Counted from the first letter of the stretch, positions 9,192 to 18,344 are shown. The stretch: DNA of 24,000 bases from Desulforamulus ruminis DSM 2154 (GCF_000215085.1 NC_015589.1:2158120-2182119); one strand, 5' to 3'. Notes: generated by a model not told the origin, from the sequence alone. Translations and numbers: made by a program.

Positions 9192-9426
9192 CTACCACTT
9201 TGGCCACCTTGATGATCTTCTGCGTTGGCGGGGATTTTCCTTTAAAGAAAGTTTGGGATTGCTTGAAAAAAACAGACCGGCGGTAGCAATAAATTCACTA
9301 CTACCAGCCAGCCAGCTCCAAATTTCCCCGGTTAATTTTTTATCTTTAACCTATGCTTTAACGATTTATCCCAAAGTCTTTTTCCCCGCTGATGACAGTG
9401 AAAGAATGATATTGGGGCTGCCGGAG

Positions 9427-9930
9427 TTATGAAAGATACATGCTTTCCAGATAACTCCGGCCGGTTTTGGTTTTAAAATATTTTTCTTTAATGATTTCTA
9501 CTTGTTCCTGCCCCAGGTCCCCTTCAAAGATATTGACCAGAAAATCTGCCTCCACCAAAATCTGAAAATCCAGATCATCAATTTTGGTATAGGTATGATG
9601 ATTCCCAATCAAATAGCAAACCCGCTCAACAAAACTTTGACTCAAATTGAACTCCTGCAGAAACTCCCGGGCGATGGGGGGGCCTTCGAACTGTTGATAC
9701 TTTCCGGCTGTTGATGAATATTTTCTTTCACTCTCTTTAATCCCGATATCATGTAAAATAGAAGCTGCGTCTAAGATTTCAAGTTTTTCTCCGGTAAGCC
9801 CCTCTAACTCACCAATGCTTTTGGCCAGCGCATACACCTTAAGGGCATGGTTGATCCGTTTTACATCGGCCCCAAAATAGGCGATCATTTTTTTCATCAT
9901 ACTACTTGCCATCATTACCACAGACAACAC
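9427..9930 (-). CDS. HD-domain phosphohydrolase
   Basis: H...HD motif: INHALKVYALAKSI...ILDAASILHDIGIKESE...IGNHHTYTKI...DLDFQILVEADFLVNIFE. The true start is ambiguous among several GTG/ATG codons. Confidence 0.87.
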   Translation of the reverse strand: MLSVVMMASSMMKKMIAYFGADVKRINHALKVYALAKSIGELEGLTGEKLEILDAASILHDIGIKESERKYSSTAGKYQQFEGPPIAREFLQEFNLSQSFVERVCYLIGNHHTYTKIDDLDFQILVEADFLVNIFEGDLGQEQVEIIKEKYFKTKTGRSYLESMYLS

Positions 9931-10086
9931 CTCAATACTTTTTTATTCTGGACCAGAAATATCAATAAACCCTTTTCTTCACCATTCTTATCATATCATA
10001 AGATACTTTCTTTCATGAATAGGAACTGCGTTGCTTCTTAAAGGGTTGATCAGGACAAGATTCTTGTTTGACATAAATTGGATGCC

Positions 10087-10110
10087 ATGATAATAATATT
10101 ATTAGATCAT
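10087..10110. promoter_or_regulatory. AT-rich palindromic putative operator upstream of the permease cluster
   Basis: ATGATAATAATATTATTAGATCAT, containing the perfect 14-nt palindrome TAATAATATTATTA (10091-10104); loosely Fur/Zur-like. Confidence 0.35.
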
Positions 10111-10260
10111 AATTATTCTTAATAAAAAGAGTTACTTCAAAGGCTAAACCTGCTCAAAAAACATTTAAAATTTTTGCCTGCTTTATTAATTTTAAGTATA
10201 TCAACTGAATAATGAATATAAACAACTTTCCAATTTAAGGAATAAAGGAGTTTTTAAAAC

Positions 10261-11307
10261 ATGTTGCGGTCTGCTGTCTACAAGGGACGTAGTATCACTT
10301 TTCTCCTGCTGCTTCTGATCGTCATCAATCTTATGGCGGTTTTTGCCGCCCAGCTTCAACGGATACCGGGGGGTTTTTTCCAGGAATTGAGCCAGGGGGC
10401 TTTCGGTAATTTACAGGTCATCTTTTTTAGCATCATTATTGAGGCGCTCCCCTTTGTTATTCTGGGGGTGTTAGGTTCAACTCTTTTAGAGGTGTTTGTC
10501 TCACCGGAACTGATTCAGCGGCTGCTGCCCCGCACCTGGTTTCTGGGCATTATGGTTTCCGGTTTACTGGGGTTTTTATTTCCCTTTTGCGAATGCGGCC
10601 TGGTGCCCATCGTAAAGCGATTAATGGAAAAAGGTGTGCCCGCCCCTCTGGCCACCGTCTTTTTATTGACCGCTCCGGTGGTTAACCCGGTGGTTGGCAT
10701 GGCCACTCATTTTGCTTTTATGAGACAACCTGAATTTGTCTTATGGCGTTTGGGAGGAGCTTATCTTTTAGCCATAACGGTCGGGTTTCTGCTTCTCCGC
10801 CACTGGTCTGAGAGGCTGCCGCTGAAACCAGGGACGGGCTATTATTGTGGCTGCGGATTCTCCCACGGTAATGAATTAAACCGTTCCTTCGGGGGAAAAA
10901 TCCGCCGCGTCTTTGCTCACAGTCAGGAAGAATTCTTCGGAATTGTGTACTATCTCATCATTGGAGCTTTTTTAGCATCAGCCTCCCAGGTATTCCTGCC
11001 CAGGGAATGGCTTACTCAAGCCGGTTCTCACGCCACAGGCTCGGTGGGCGTCATGATGAGCATGGCCTTTCTGCTCTCCCTCTGTTCCGGAGCCGACGCC
11101 TTTGTGGCCAATACTTTTGTCAATACTTTTACCCCGGGGTCTATTCTGGCTTTTATGATTTTTGGACCCATGGTGGATTTAAAGAATTTACTCATGATGC
11201 TGGCGGTATTTAAAAAGAGATTTGTTATAACTCTGGTTTTTTGGGTTGCCACCCTATCCTTTTTACTGGGGGTTGCCATTAATAAAACGGCGGTGATGAT
11301 CCGATGA
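10261..11307 (+). CDS. Permease, YraQ/YcgR-like (DUF318-type) integral membrane protein
   Basis: Multiple TM segments with LLGFLFPFCECGLVPIVKRLMEKGVPAPLATVFLLTAPVVNPVV and MAFLLSLCSGADAFVANTF motifs; stop overlaps the next gene. Confidence 0.88.
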   Translation: MLRSAVYKGRSITFLLLLLIVINLMAVFAAQLQRIPGGFFQELSQGAFGNLQVIFFSIIIEALPFVILGVLGSTLLEVFVSPELIQRLLPRTWFLGIMVSGLLGFLFPFCECGLVPIVKRLMEKGVPAPLATVFLLTAPVVNPVVGMATHFAFMRQPEFVLWRLGGAYLLAITVGFLLLRHWSERLPLKPGTGYYCGCGFSHGNELNRSFGGKIRRVFAHSQEEFFGIVYYLIIGAFLASASQVFLPREWLTQAGSHATGSVGVMMSMAFLLSLCSGADAFVANTFVNTFTPGSILAFMIFGPMVDLKNLLMMLAVFKKRFVITLVFWVATLSFLLGVAINKTAVMIR

Positions 11308-12143
11308 ATTCCTTATTCCGGTTAACCTCTTTGCTGATGTTGAGCTACACTTTGTTTAACTTATTAAGTACAGGCCAAATATCCCTTTACATTAATCCGC
11401 GCTTTATCCCATTGACCAAGTTTTCCCTGGCCTTTTTGCTGCTGCTGTCCCTTTTCAGCCTGTTGCAATGGATCTCCCTGTGGTACAGCAAAGGACGCCG
11501 CGGGTCATTAAAAATAGCTACGCTGATTATCTGGCTGGCCTTTTTAATGCCCCTGGTTTTCCCTCCAAAGATGATGGATAGTTCCATGGCCGGTCAAAAG
11601 GGGATGATGTCCTATCAGCAGAAGGCACAAGAACAAAAGCCCTCTGCTAATAATGACGACAACAAGGATTTCCAGGAATCGACGGACCCTTCTATTAAAG
11701 AACCGGAAACCATGCCGTCCGCTCCTCAGGGAGATCAGAATCCGGCAACTCCGGATCAGACCCAGGCGCCTCCGGCTAACCTTCCCGGAAACAATGATCC
11801 GATTATCCGGTTTACCTCGGAAAATTATGTAGAACTTCTGGATGACATGTATAATCATCCAGCTCAGTATTTGGGGAAGGAGTTGGAGGTGGACGGTTTT
11901 ATTTTCCATCCCGAAGGGCTGGAAGCAAGCCATTATCTGATCGCCCGGTATGCCATTGCCTGCTGTGTGGCCGATGCGGTAACGGTGGGATTTGTGGCCG
12001 ATGGAGAGGCCCCCTGCTCTGATAATACCTGGGTAAAGGTGCGTGGAAAATTAACTGCTCTGGATGATAAAGGACCCCGACTGAAGGTGACGGATTGGGA
12101 GGAGATTCCCCTTCCTCCAGACCCCTATATCTATGCCTATTAA
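11304..12143 (+). CDS. TIGR03943/DUF1980-type (YcgQ-like) membrane protein
   Basis: N-terminal TM segments, Pro/Gln/Asn-rich linker, and C-terminal domain FIFHPEGLEASHYLIARYAIACCVADAVTVGFVADGEAP..WVKVRGKL. Overlaps the permease stop (ATGA). Confidence 0.85.
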   Translation: MNSLFRLTSLLMLSYTLFNLLSTGQISLYINPRFIPLTKFSLAFLLLLSLFSLLQWISLWYSKGRRGSLKIATLIIWLAFLMPLVFPPKMMDSSMAGQKGMMSYQQKAQEQKPSANNDDNKDFQESTDPSIKEPETMPSAPQGDQNPATPDQTQAPPANLPGNNDPIIRFTSENYVELLDDMYNHPAQYLGKELEVDGFIFHPEGLEASHYLIARYAIACCVADAVTVGFVADGEAPCSDNTWVKVRGKLTALDDKGPRLKVTDWEEIPLPPDPYIYAY

Positions 12144-12189
12144 AAAAGCAACCAAAGGATTTTCCTGAGGATCGAGAGGATTCAATGAT

Positions 12190-12816
12190 ATGAGAGTTGT
12201 GGATGTGGTACAGGGATTTCTCGGATCGGGAAAAACCACTTTGATTGATCACCTGATTCGAGAGGTTTTTACCAAGGAAAAAATTCTTGTCCTGCAAACC
12301 GAATGGGGAGACTTTCAACTGCCTGATTACGGCTCCCGGGTAAAGGTCTGTTCTTGGGATTGGGAAAAGGGTTTTCCCCCGGTTGAAATGCAAAAGCTCA
12401 TTTGTACCCCGGGGGTGCAACGGGTAATTATTGAAGTGAACGGCATGTCCCCGGGGCAAAAATTATTGGAGACACTGGAAATCTTGAGGGCCAAGGGAGA
12501 AATATCCCTGGGCGCCTCGCTGGCCGTCTTTCACGGCCCCACCTGGCAGACCATGGGAAAACCTCTGGAAGAATTATTCCGCTCCATGGCCTTGACCAGT
12601 CATGGTTTTTGGATCAGGGAAGGAACCGTTGACCTCCACCGTTGGATCATGAATGTCCAACCCAAAGGATGCCTGACTTCGGGGGACGAATGGTCAGCCT
12701 GGTATCGGCACGTCATCCGCTCAACTCGATTAAAGGGGTTGGCCAAGATCGCTTGGACCGCCGGAATCATCATGGCAATGTATTTATTCTACTGGCTTTT
12801 GTTTGGAAAAATATAA
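12190..12816 (+). CDS. Short CobW/COG0523-like P-loop protein with C-terminal transmembrane helix
   Basis: MRVVDVVQGFLGSGKTTLIDHLIREVF and VIIEVNGMSPG. C-terminal hydrophobic helix IAWTAGIIMAMYLFYWLLFGKI. Same strand and cluster as the permease. Confidence 0.72.
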   Translation: MRVVDVVQGFLGSGKTTLIDHLIREVFTKEKILVLQTEWGDFQLPDYGSRVKVCSWDWEKGFPPVEMQKLICTPGVQRVIIEVNGMSPGQKLLETLEILRAKGEISLGASLAVFHGPTWQTMGKPLEELFRSMALTSHGFWIREGTVDLHRWIMNVQPKGCLTSGDEWSAWYRHVIRSTRLKGLAKIAWTAGIIMAMYLFYWLLFGKI

Positions 12817-12825
12817 GGGCAAAAT

Positions 12826-12868
12826 ACAAAGCCGGATTAGGCCGTAGAAAAAATCCGGCTTTGTTTCA
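12826..12868. terminator. Convergent (bidirectional) terminator between the CobW-like gene and pflA
   Basis: Perfect 13-bp arms ACAAAGCCGGATT (12826-12838) and AATCCGGCTTTGT (12852-12864). Confidence 0.75.
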
Positions 12869-13592
12869 TTTCCTCATGCAGCCGCTGCATAGCGTCCTCT
12901 GTTGGCGGACTCAGGTGGCCCAGTGTATAGACCAAGTTGAGTTTTTGCCACTTATGAACCCCCAGTGGGTGATAAGGCAGCAGCTCCACCTTCTCCACTT
13001 GGTTCTCCAGGGCATGCACAAATTTTTTTAATTTTTGCATGTGCAGGGCCGAATCATTGATGCCCGGTAAAACCACATACCGTAACCACAGGGGCACTTT
13101 GCTTGCTTTGATGTATTCCAGGGCCAAAGAAAAGGGCTCTTGGGGTTTGCCTGTGATCCATTGATACAGGGGGCTGTCCAAAGCCTTTATGTCCAGAAGC
13201 AGTAAATCGGTAAAGGGCAGCACCTTTTCCAGTGCCCGTCTATCAACCCAACCCGAGGTATCGATGGCCGTGTGTACACCTGCATTTTGGCAGCACTGTA
13301 ATATTTCAGCGGCAAATTCCGGCTGCAGCAGGGGTTCCCCTCCGGACAAAGTGATTCCGCCCTGGTGCTTAAAGTAGGGTTTAAACCGAAGAACCTTGCT
13401 GATAATTTCGGCGGAATCGATCTTCTGCCCGCCTTTTGGGTTCCATGTGTCCGGATTGTGGCAATAGCGGCATCGCAAAAGGCAGCCCTGAAAAAAAATC
13501 ACACAGCGCAGTCCCGGTCCATCCACAGTACCACAGCTTTCAATGGAATGAATCCTCCCCTTCACCTTTTCCCCTCCCCAATATCCAGTCAT
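12837..13592 (-). CDS. pflA: Pyruvate formate-lyase activating enzyme (radical SAM)
   Basis: RIHSIESCGTVDGPGLRCVIFFQGCLLRCRYCHNPDTW (CxxxCxxC), GGITLSGGEPLLQPEF. Confidence 0.95.
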   Translation of the reverse strand: MTGYWGGEKVKGRIHSIESCGTVDGPGLRCVIFFQGCLLRCRYCHNPDTWNPKGGQKIDSAEIISKVLRFKPYFKHQGGITLSGGEPLLQPEFAAEILQCCQNAGVHTAIDTSGWVDRRALEKVLPFTDLLLLDIKALDSPLYQWITGKPQEPFSLALEYIKASKVPLWLRYVVLPGINDSALHMQKLKKFVHALENQVEKVELLPYHPLGVHKWQKLNLVYTLGHLSPPTEDAMQRLHEEMKQSRIFSTA

Positions 13593-13633
13593 CCTAAAGT
13601 CTTAGATCCTTTTGTTTCGCGCGATTAGTTCGT

Positions 13634-14020
13634 TCAATGCCTTTCCCCTTGCTGGGTAAAAGACCGTTCAGCATTTGAAGAATTAGCCGCTTCGCTTCCA
13701 TGCCCCGGTCCAAAAAGGTTTAAGACCACCACACCGATGACAATAAGAGAAATTCCCATCACACTGCCGATATTTATTTTCTCTTTCCAAATGAGTATGG
13801 ATATGACCACGGTAGCCACCGTGCCAACGCCGGACCAGATGGCATAAGCGGTATTCAGCGGTATGGTCTTGAGCGACAATGATAAAAAGAAAAAGGAACA
13901 GGTAAAGCTGATCACTGTCGCTAGGACCGGGAGCAACCGGGTAAATCCTTGGGATGCTTTGAGCATAGAGGTGCCAAAAAGCTCACTCATGATAGAAATG
14001 GCTAAGAATAAATAAGCCAT
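13634..14020 (-). CDS. Small multidrug resistance (SMR/EmrE-like) transporter
   Basis: Four hydrophobic helices; MAYLFLAISIMSELFGTSMLKASQGFTRLLP and IPLNTAYAIWSGVGTVATVVISILIWKE. Confidence 0.95.
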   Translation of the reverse strand: MAYLFLAISIMSELFGTSMLKASQGFTRLLPVLATVISFTCSFFFLSLSLKTIPLNTAYAIWSGVGTVATVVISILIWKEKINIGSVMGISLIVIGVVVLNLFGPGHGSEAANSSNAERSFTQQGERH

Positions 14021-14574
14021 TATTCATCCTCCCCCTTTAGCCAATTCATCAGTTCATGAAAAACACGTTCTCTAAGTTTTTGATCTAAAGGGGATAATCC
14101 AAACACCTCCGAAAACCATAAACCGTCCGCGGTAAGCCTGGCAATACTGGCGCGAACCGGATTGATTCCGTCATTTTCTATGTTTCTTTGCCAAATGCCA
14201 TATTGTGTTTGCATTTCTTCCAGTAATTTCGGGTTTGTAAAAAGAACTGCCGAAAGAGCCGAACTCATAGGAAAGCCGTCTTCTAAGCCGCTAAAAGTTG
14301 ATTCCACATAGGCCCGGCTCCATTTTCCCTTGGCTCGACTGTCATTGGTTACTCTTTCTTGAATATCCGCCGCATAATTACTGTTTAACTCTTCTACCAT
14401 GCCTGTAATCAGAGCCTCTTTACTGGGAAAGTGATATAACAAGCCGCCTTTACTGAGTCCGGCTTCTTTCGCCACTGCTTCCAGGGTTAATCGTTCTAAG
14501 CCTTGATTGCGAATAATGTCGGAAGCAGCCGTTAATATACGCGCACGTGCCGATGTCCTGTTATCTGAACTCAC
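14020..14574 (-). CDS. TetR/AcrR-family transcriptional regulator
   Basis: N-terminal HTH: ARILTAASDIIRNQGLERLTLEAVAKEAGLSKGGLLYHFPSKEALITGMVEEL; overlaps the SMR gene start. Confidence 0.95.
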   Translation of the reverse strand: MSSDNRTSARARILTAASDIIRNQGLERLTLEAVAKEAGLSKGGLLYHFPSKEALITGMVEELNSNYAADIQERVTNDSRAKGKWSRAYVESTFSGLEDGFPMSSALSAVLFTNPKLLEEMQTQYGIWQRNIENDGINPVRASIARLTADGLWFSEVFGLSPLDQKLRERVFHELMNWLKGEDE

Positions 14575-14595
14575 TGGATCTCCCCCTTTTACTCA

Positions 14596-14624
14596 ACTAT
14601 ACCGTCCAGACGGTATAGTGTCAA
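14596..14624 (-). promoter_or_regulatory. tetR-SMR promoter with embedded TetR-type operator
   Basis: Minus strand TTGACA (14624-14619), 17-nt spacer, TATAGT (14601-14596). Perfect inverted repeat ACTATACCGTC-CA-GACGGTATAGT at 14596-14619. Confidence 0.85.
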
Positions 14625-14699
14625 GTATAATGAGTGATCCTGGAATTACACGCGTCTAGGAACATGGACTGCCCGTGAAGTCATTTTATATTTTATTGG

Positions 14700-16931
14700 T
14701 TAAAATCTTTCAAAGAAGGTCCTCCGGATCACTTCCAGTTGGTGTTCTCTGGAGAGCCGGGTAAAATGGACCGCGTAACCGGAAACCCGAACGGTTAATT
14801 GAGGATAATTTTCCGGCTCCTCCATGGCCTTTTCCAGCATTTTGCGGTGCAGCACGTTTACATTTAGATGGTGCGCCCGTTGTTCAAAATAACCATCCAG
14901 GATATGGACCAAATGATTAACCCGGTCCTCCGGTTCCCGGCCCAGGGCGGTGGGAATAATGGAGAAGGTATTGCTGATACCGTCCAGGCAGGCTTCATAG
15001 GGCAGCTTGGCCACCGAGTTTAAGCTGGCCAGGGCGCCGTGGGTGTCCCTGCCGTGCATGGGATTGGCTCCCGGGGCAAAGGGGCTGCCCTTTGGACGTC
15101 CGTCGGGAGTTGCCCCGGTTTTTTTACCATACATCACATTGGAGGTAATGGTAAGGATGGACAGGGTATGCCTGGCCTGGCGGTAGGTGTCGTATTTCTT
15201 TAAATTATCACTAAAGCCCCGTACCAGCTCAACGGCGATGTCGTCCACCCGGTCGTCATCGTTGCCGTACTTGGGAAACTCACCTTCAATGCGGTAATTA
15301 ACCGCCATTCCTTCCTCGTTCCGGATGGGATAAACTTGGGCATATTTGATGGCACTGAAGGAATCCGCCGCCACCGATAAACCGGCAGCCCCAAAGGCCA
15401 TCAGCCGTTCAACCCGGCTGTCGTGCAAGGCGGTTTGAATTTTCTCGTAGGCGTATTTGTCATGCATGCAATGGATGATATTCAAAGTGTTTACATAAAG
15501 TCTGCATAGCCAATCTTGCAAGATGAGAAAATTCTTTTTCACCTGGTGATAATCCACGACTTCACCGTCCAAAGGAGGAATTTCAGGCGCCAACTGTTTC
15601 CCGGTTATCTCATCCCTTCCCCCGTTGATGGCCAGCAGCAGAAGTTTGGCTAAATTGACTCTGGCGCCAAAAAATTGCAGTTGTTTACCAATTTTCATAG
15701 CGGATACACAGCAGGCAATGCCATAATCATCGCCATAAAACGCCCGCATTAAGTCGTCATTCTCATACTGAATGGAGCTGGTTTGAATGGAAATGGCCGC
15801 GCAAAAATCCTTAAAGGCTTGGGGCAGGTCTTTGGACCACAACACCGTTAAATTGGGCTCGGGAGCCGGTCCCAGGTTTATCAGGGTATGCAAAAAACGA
15901 TAAGAGTTTTTGGTAACCAGAGTCCTGCCGTCCAGCCCCATGCCGCCAATGGCTTCGGTAATCCATAGGGGATCTCCGGCGAAAAATTTATCGTATTCCG
16001 GAGTTCTTAACTGCCTGGCCAATCTTAGTTTAATGACCAATTGGTCCACCAGTTCCTGAGCTTCCGTCTCGGTTAAAAGACCGGCCGCCAGATCCCTTTC
16101 AATATAAATATCCAGAAAGGTACTAATGCGTCCCAGGGACATGGCCGCACCGTTTTGCTCTTTGATGGCTCCCAGATAAGCAAAGTACAGCCACTGAAAG
16201 GCTTCCCTGGCATTGGCAGCCGGTTCACTCAGGTTAAAGCCGTAGGCAGAGGCCATCTCCATTAACAGCCGTAAAGCTTTTATCTGTTCTCTGATTTCTT
16301 CCCTTAGGACAATAGCTTCCTGGGTCATGGCCAAAAAGGCCATGTTTTCCAGATCTTTCTCCTTCTCTTCGATGAGCCGGGTTACCCCATATAAGGCCAC
16401 TCTGCGGTAATCCCCGATAATGCGGCCCCGTCCATAGGCATCGGGTAAGCCGGTAATAATGCCCAGACTTCTGGCCTTGCGCATTTCAGAGGTATAGGTA
16501 TCAAAGACCCCGTCGTTATGGGTCTTTTTATATTTAACAAAAAAATCCTCCAACTGCGGGTCCAGGGTATAGCCGTAGGCTTTACAGGCTTCTTTGGCCA
16601 TCCGCAGTCCCCCAAAGGGATTTACGGCTCTTTCCAGGGGTTTTTCGGTCTGCAGGCCCAGGATGATTTCCAGGTTTTGATCAATAAAGCCGGGGCCATA
16701 GGCATTGATTCCGGTTGCCCGGGAAGTATCAATACTTAAAACCCCTCCTTTATTTCTTTCTTCCCGAAAGAGAGCCAGACATTTCTGCCATAATTTTTGC
16801 GTTTTCTCTGTTTCCCGGCAGAGAAATTCCTCTCCACCGCTATAAGGGGTGTAATTGTTTTGGATAAAATCCCGGACATTCACTTCCAGCCGCCATTTTT
16901 CACCCTGAAAACCGGCCCATGCTTGTCTCAC
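14700..16931 (-). CDS. pflB: Formate C-acetyltransferase (pyruvate formate-lyase); GTG start at 16931 preferred over the track start at 16976
   Basis: [14 protein letters not shown] (Cys-Cys active site) and C-terminal [15 protein letters not shown] glycyl radical loop. GGAGAA RBS lies before the GTG giving [30 protein letters not shown]. Confidence 0.97.
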   Translation of the reverse strand: MRQAWAGFQGEKWRLEVNVRDFIQNNYTPYSGGEEFLCRETEKTQKLWQKCLALFREERNKGGVLSIDTSRATGINAYGPGFIDQNLEIILGLQTEKPLERAVNPFGGLRMAKEACKAYGYTLDPQLEDFFVKYKKTHNDGVFDTYTSEMRKARSLGIITGLPDAYGRGRIIGDYRRVALYGVTRLIEEKEKDLENMAFLAMTQEAIVLREEIREQIKALRLLMEMASAYGFNLSEPAANAREAFQWLYFAYLGAIKEQNGAAMSLGRISTFLDIYIERDLAAGLLTETEAQELVDQLVIKLRLARQLRTPEYDKFFAGDPLWITEAIGGMGLDGRTLVTKNSYRFLHTLINLGPAPEPNLTVLWSKDLPQAFKDFCAAISIQTSSIQYENDDLMRAFYGDDYGIACCVSAMKIGKQLQFFGARVNLAKLLLLAINGGRDEITGKQLAPEIPPLDGEVVDYHQVKKNFLILQDWLCRLYVNTLNIIHCMHDKYAYEKIQTALHDSRVERLMAFGAAGLSVAADSFSAIKYAQVYPIRNEEGMAVNYRIEGEFPKYGNDDDRVDDIAVELVRGFSDNLKKYDTYRQARHTLSILTITSNVMYGKKTGATPDGRPKGSPFAPGANPMHGRDTHGALASLNSVAKLPYEACLDGISNTFSIIPTALGREPEDRVNHLVHILDGYFEQRAHHLNVNVLHRKMLEKAMEEPENYPQLTVRVSGYAVHFTRLSREHQLEVIRRTFFERF

Positions 16932-16950
16932 TTCTCCTATCCCCTTTCTT

Positions 16951-17079
16951 AAAAAAACAAAAGACCGCCTGGGCAATCACATCGTACCATGTACGGTGAA
17001 TTGCCCAGGCGGTCGGCTTTACAACAGTTACAATCCTCTGTGGTATACTCCACATTTCTTCCGCCAGTCATGTAACTGC
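16951..17079 (-). ncRNA. ZTP (pfl-motif) riboswitch with terminator expression platform upstream of pflB
   Basis: Minus strand GTTACATGACTGGCGG AAGAAAT GTGG..CCAC..GAGGATTGTAAC..GTAAAGCCGACCGCCTGGGC matches the conserved pfl-motif segments (CUGGCG, pairing P1, terminal CCGCCUGGGC). It is followed by a competing arm GCCCAGGCGGTC and TTTTGTTTTTTT. Confidence 0.93.
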
Positions 17080-17099
17080 CAATATTCTATTACCATCTC

Positions 17100-17128
17100 A
17101 TTATAATTATAATCCGGTCTTTTGGCAA
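17100..17128 (-). promoter_or_regulatory. Putative sigma-A promoter driving the ZTP riboswitch-pflB transcript
   Basis: Minus strand TTGCCA (17128-17123), 17-nt spacer, TATAAT (17105-17100). Confidence 0.65.
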
Positions 17129-17151
17129 TGACCATTTAAAGAAAATAATTC

Positions 17152-17514
17152 CTATTGATCGTGGTGCTTATGGTGCAGTAATGACGCCTCAATGATGGTC
17201 TTTACACATTCGTCGTCCAGCGTATAAAATACCATCTTTCCTTGTTTGCGATGTTTCGCCAGGCCAATGTTCTTTAATAAGCGCAGATGATGGGAAGCTA
17301 CCGGTACCGTTGAGCCAATAATGGCCGCCACATCGCAAACGCAAAGTTCTTCCTGGGAGAGAGCGTAAATAATCTTTATACGCGTATCATCCGCCAGGGC
17401 TTTAAAAATCTCCGCCAATCCTTCGGTAATCTTTACCTCGCCCCTCAAACGGTTTACTTTCTCTTCGTTAAAACAAAAGGTTTCACAAGTGTCCTGCTGC
17501 TTTGCCCGGTCCAC
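17152..17514 (-). CDS. ArsR/SmtB-family transcriptional regulator, possibly metal-responsive
   Basis: LAEIFKALADDTRIKIIYALSQEELCVCDVAAIIGSTVPVASHHLRLLKNIGLAKHRKQGKMVFYTLDDECV; His-rich C-terminus HHKHHDQ. Confidence 0.93.
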   Translation of the reverse strand: MDRAKQQDTCETFCFNEEKVNRLRGEVKITEGLAEIFKALADDTRIKIIYALSQEELCVCDVAAIIGSTVPVASHHLRLLKNIGLAKHRKQGKMVFYTLDDECVKTIIEASLLHHKHHDQ

Positions 17515-18094
17515 TTCATCACCTCCAAAAGGAATTCCCTTTATCCTGAAATCAATGGATTGGCTTACATCACTATATTACTATGGTATAATACTGTTTG
17601 CTCTTTGTCACGTTATTTCTGAATACCGATTACCGATACGAGGTTAGGATCTGTCCCTTTCATTCATCTCATTCCCTTTGACGCAGATCGCCCTAAGGAC
17701 AAGAATGACGCCCTATCATTTAAATAAAATGGGAAAAAGTTTGTATCTAAAAGGATGCCCATGAGTAAGAAAATTTAAATCGTGGTAGTTATCTCTATGA
17801 TTCAATAACCATAAGAAAAAGCTACAGTTGAAAAAATATCAGTGGCTTAAAGGTGATTTCAAGTAAATTATTTGGCCGTCGGCTTTGGCTTTAGCATCTT
17901 TAGCATTCTTTTCAATCCTCGATCCTTGGTTATGTTTCCTTACGGTACCCTGGGGGTTAATTTAATCTGGCTTACATCCTCTTAAGCACCGTCCTGGATC
18001 AATCTTTGCTTATTTAGATTATCTCCTGGGAAAAGTTTTTAAGAAGAGTAAAGAAGGAAACCGCGGGGACAATTGAAAAGAGCGCTAAAAACTA

Positions 18095-18131
18095 AAATCG
18101 AAGGCGAGTGGGTTATTTCCGCCTTCGATTT
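18095..18131 (-). terminator. Rho-independent terminator following the 28-aa small ORF
   Basis: 12-bp arms AAATCGAAGGCG / CGCCTTCGATTT, followed on the minus strand by TAGTTTTTAG. Confidence 0.65.
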
Positions 18132-18132
18132 C

Positions 18133-18219
18133 TTACTCTCTATCCTGTTCTTCTGTGCGGCTTATTTTCTCCAAGCCAATGTCCTCAAGGATTTTGTTAA
18201 TTAATTCTGTAGACATCAT
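18133..18219 (-). CDS. Putative 28-aa small protein MMSTELINKILEDIGLEKISRTEEQDRE
   Basis: GGAGGG RBS 3-4 nt before tandem ATGATG, complete ORF, promoter-like TTGACC-17-TATTAT upstream and terminator hairpin immediately downstream. Confidence 0.5.
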   Translation of the reverse strand: MMSTELINKILEDIGLEKISRTEEQDRE

Positions 18220-18232
18220 CGACCCTCCTTCC

Positions 18233-18256
18233 TGATATTATTATATCATAATATCA
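18233..18256. promoter_or_regulatory. Palindromic putative operator upstream of the small ORF
   Basis: TGATATTAT-TATATC-ATAATATCA, perfect 9-bp arms overlapping the predicted -10. Confidence 0.45.
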
Positions 18257-18344
18257 CAGGATGGCTGATAGGTCAATATAAAATAATTGTCATTAACCTT
18301 TTAACTTCCCTGCAGGACGTTATATAAAACCGATTCCTCTGCTG

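Noticed and set aside
9052-9432. Plus-strand 126-aa ORF
   Set aside because: Overlaps the N-terminal part of the GlpP-like gene antisense and shows no family signature; the remainder is intergenic.
11899-12459. Minus-strand 186-aa ORF across the DUF1980-like/CobW-like junction
   Set aside because: Antisense to two well-supported genes and without motifs.
16932-16976. Extended N-terminus of pflB ([16 protein letters not shown]...)
   Set aside because: It reads through the riboswitch terminator arm, the T-run and the RBS. The GTG at 16931 has a proper Shine-Dalgarno and gives the expected N-terminus.
17600-18090. Search for a gene in the large intergenic gap between the ArsR gene and the small ORF
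   Set aside because: No sustained open frame with RBS, tRNA-like or repeat-array structure was recognisable by eye.
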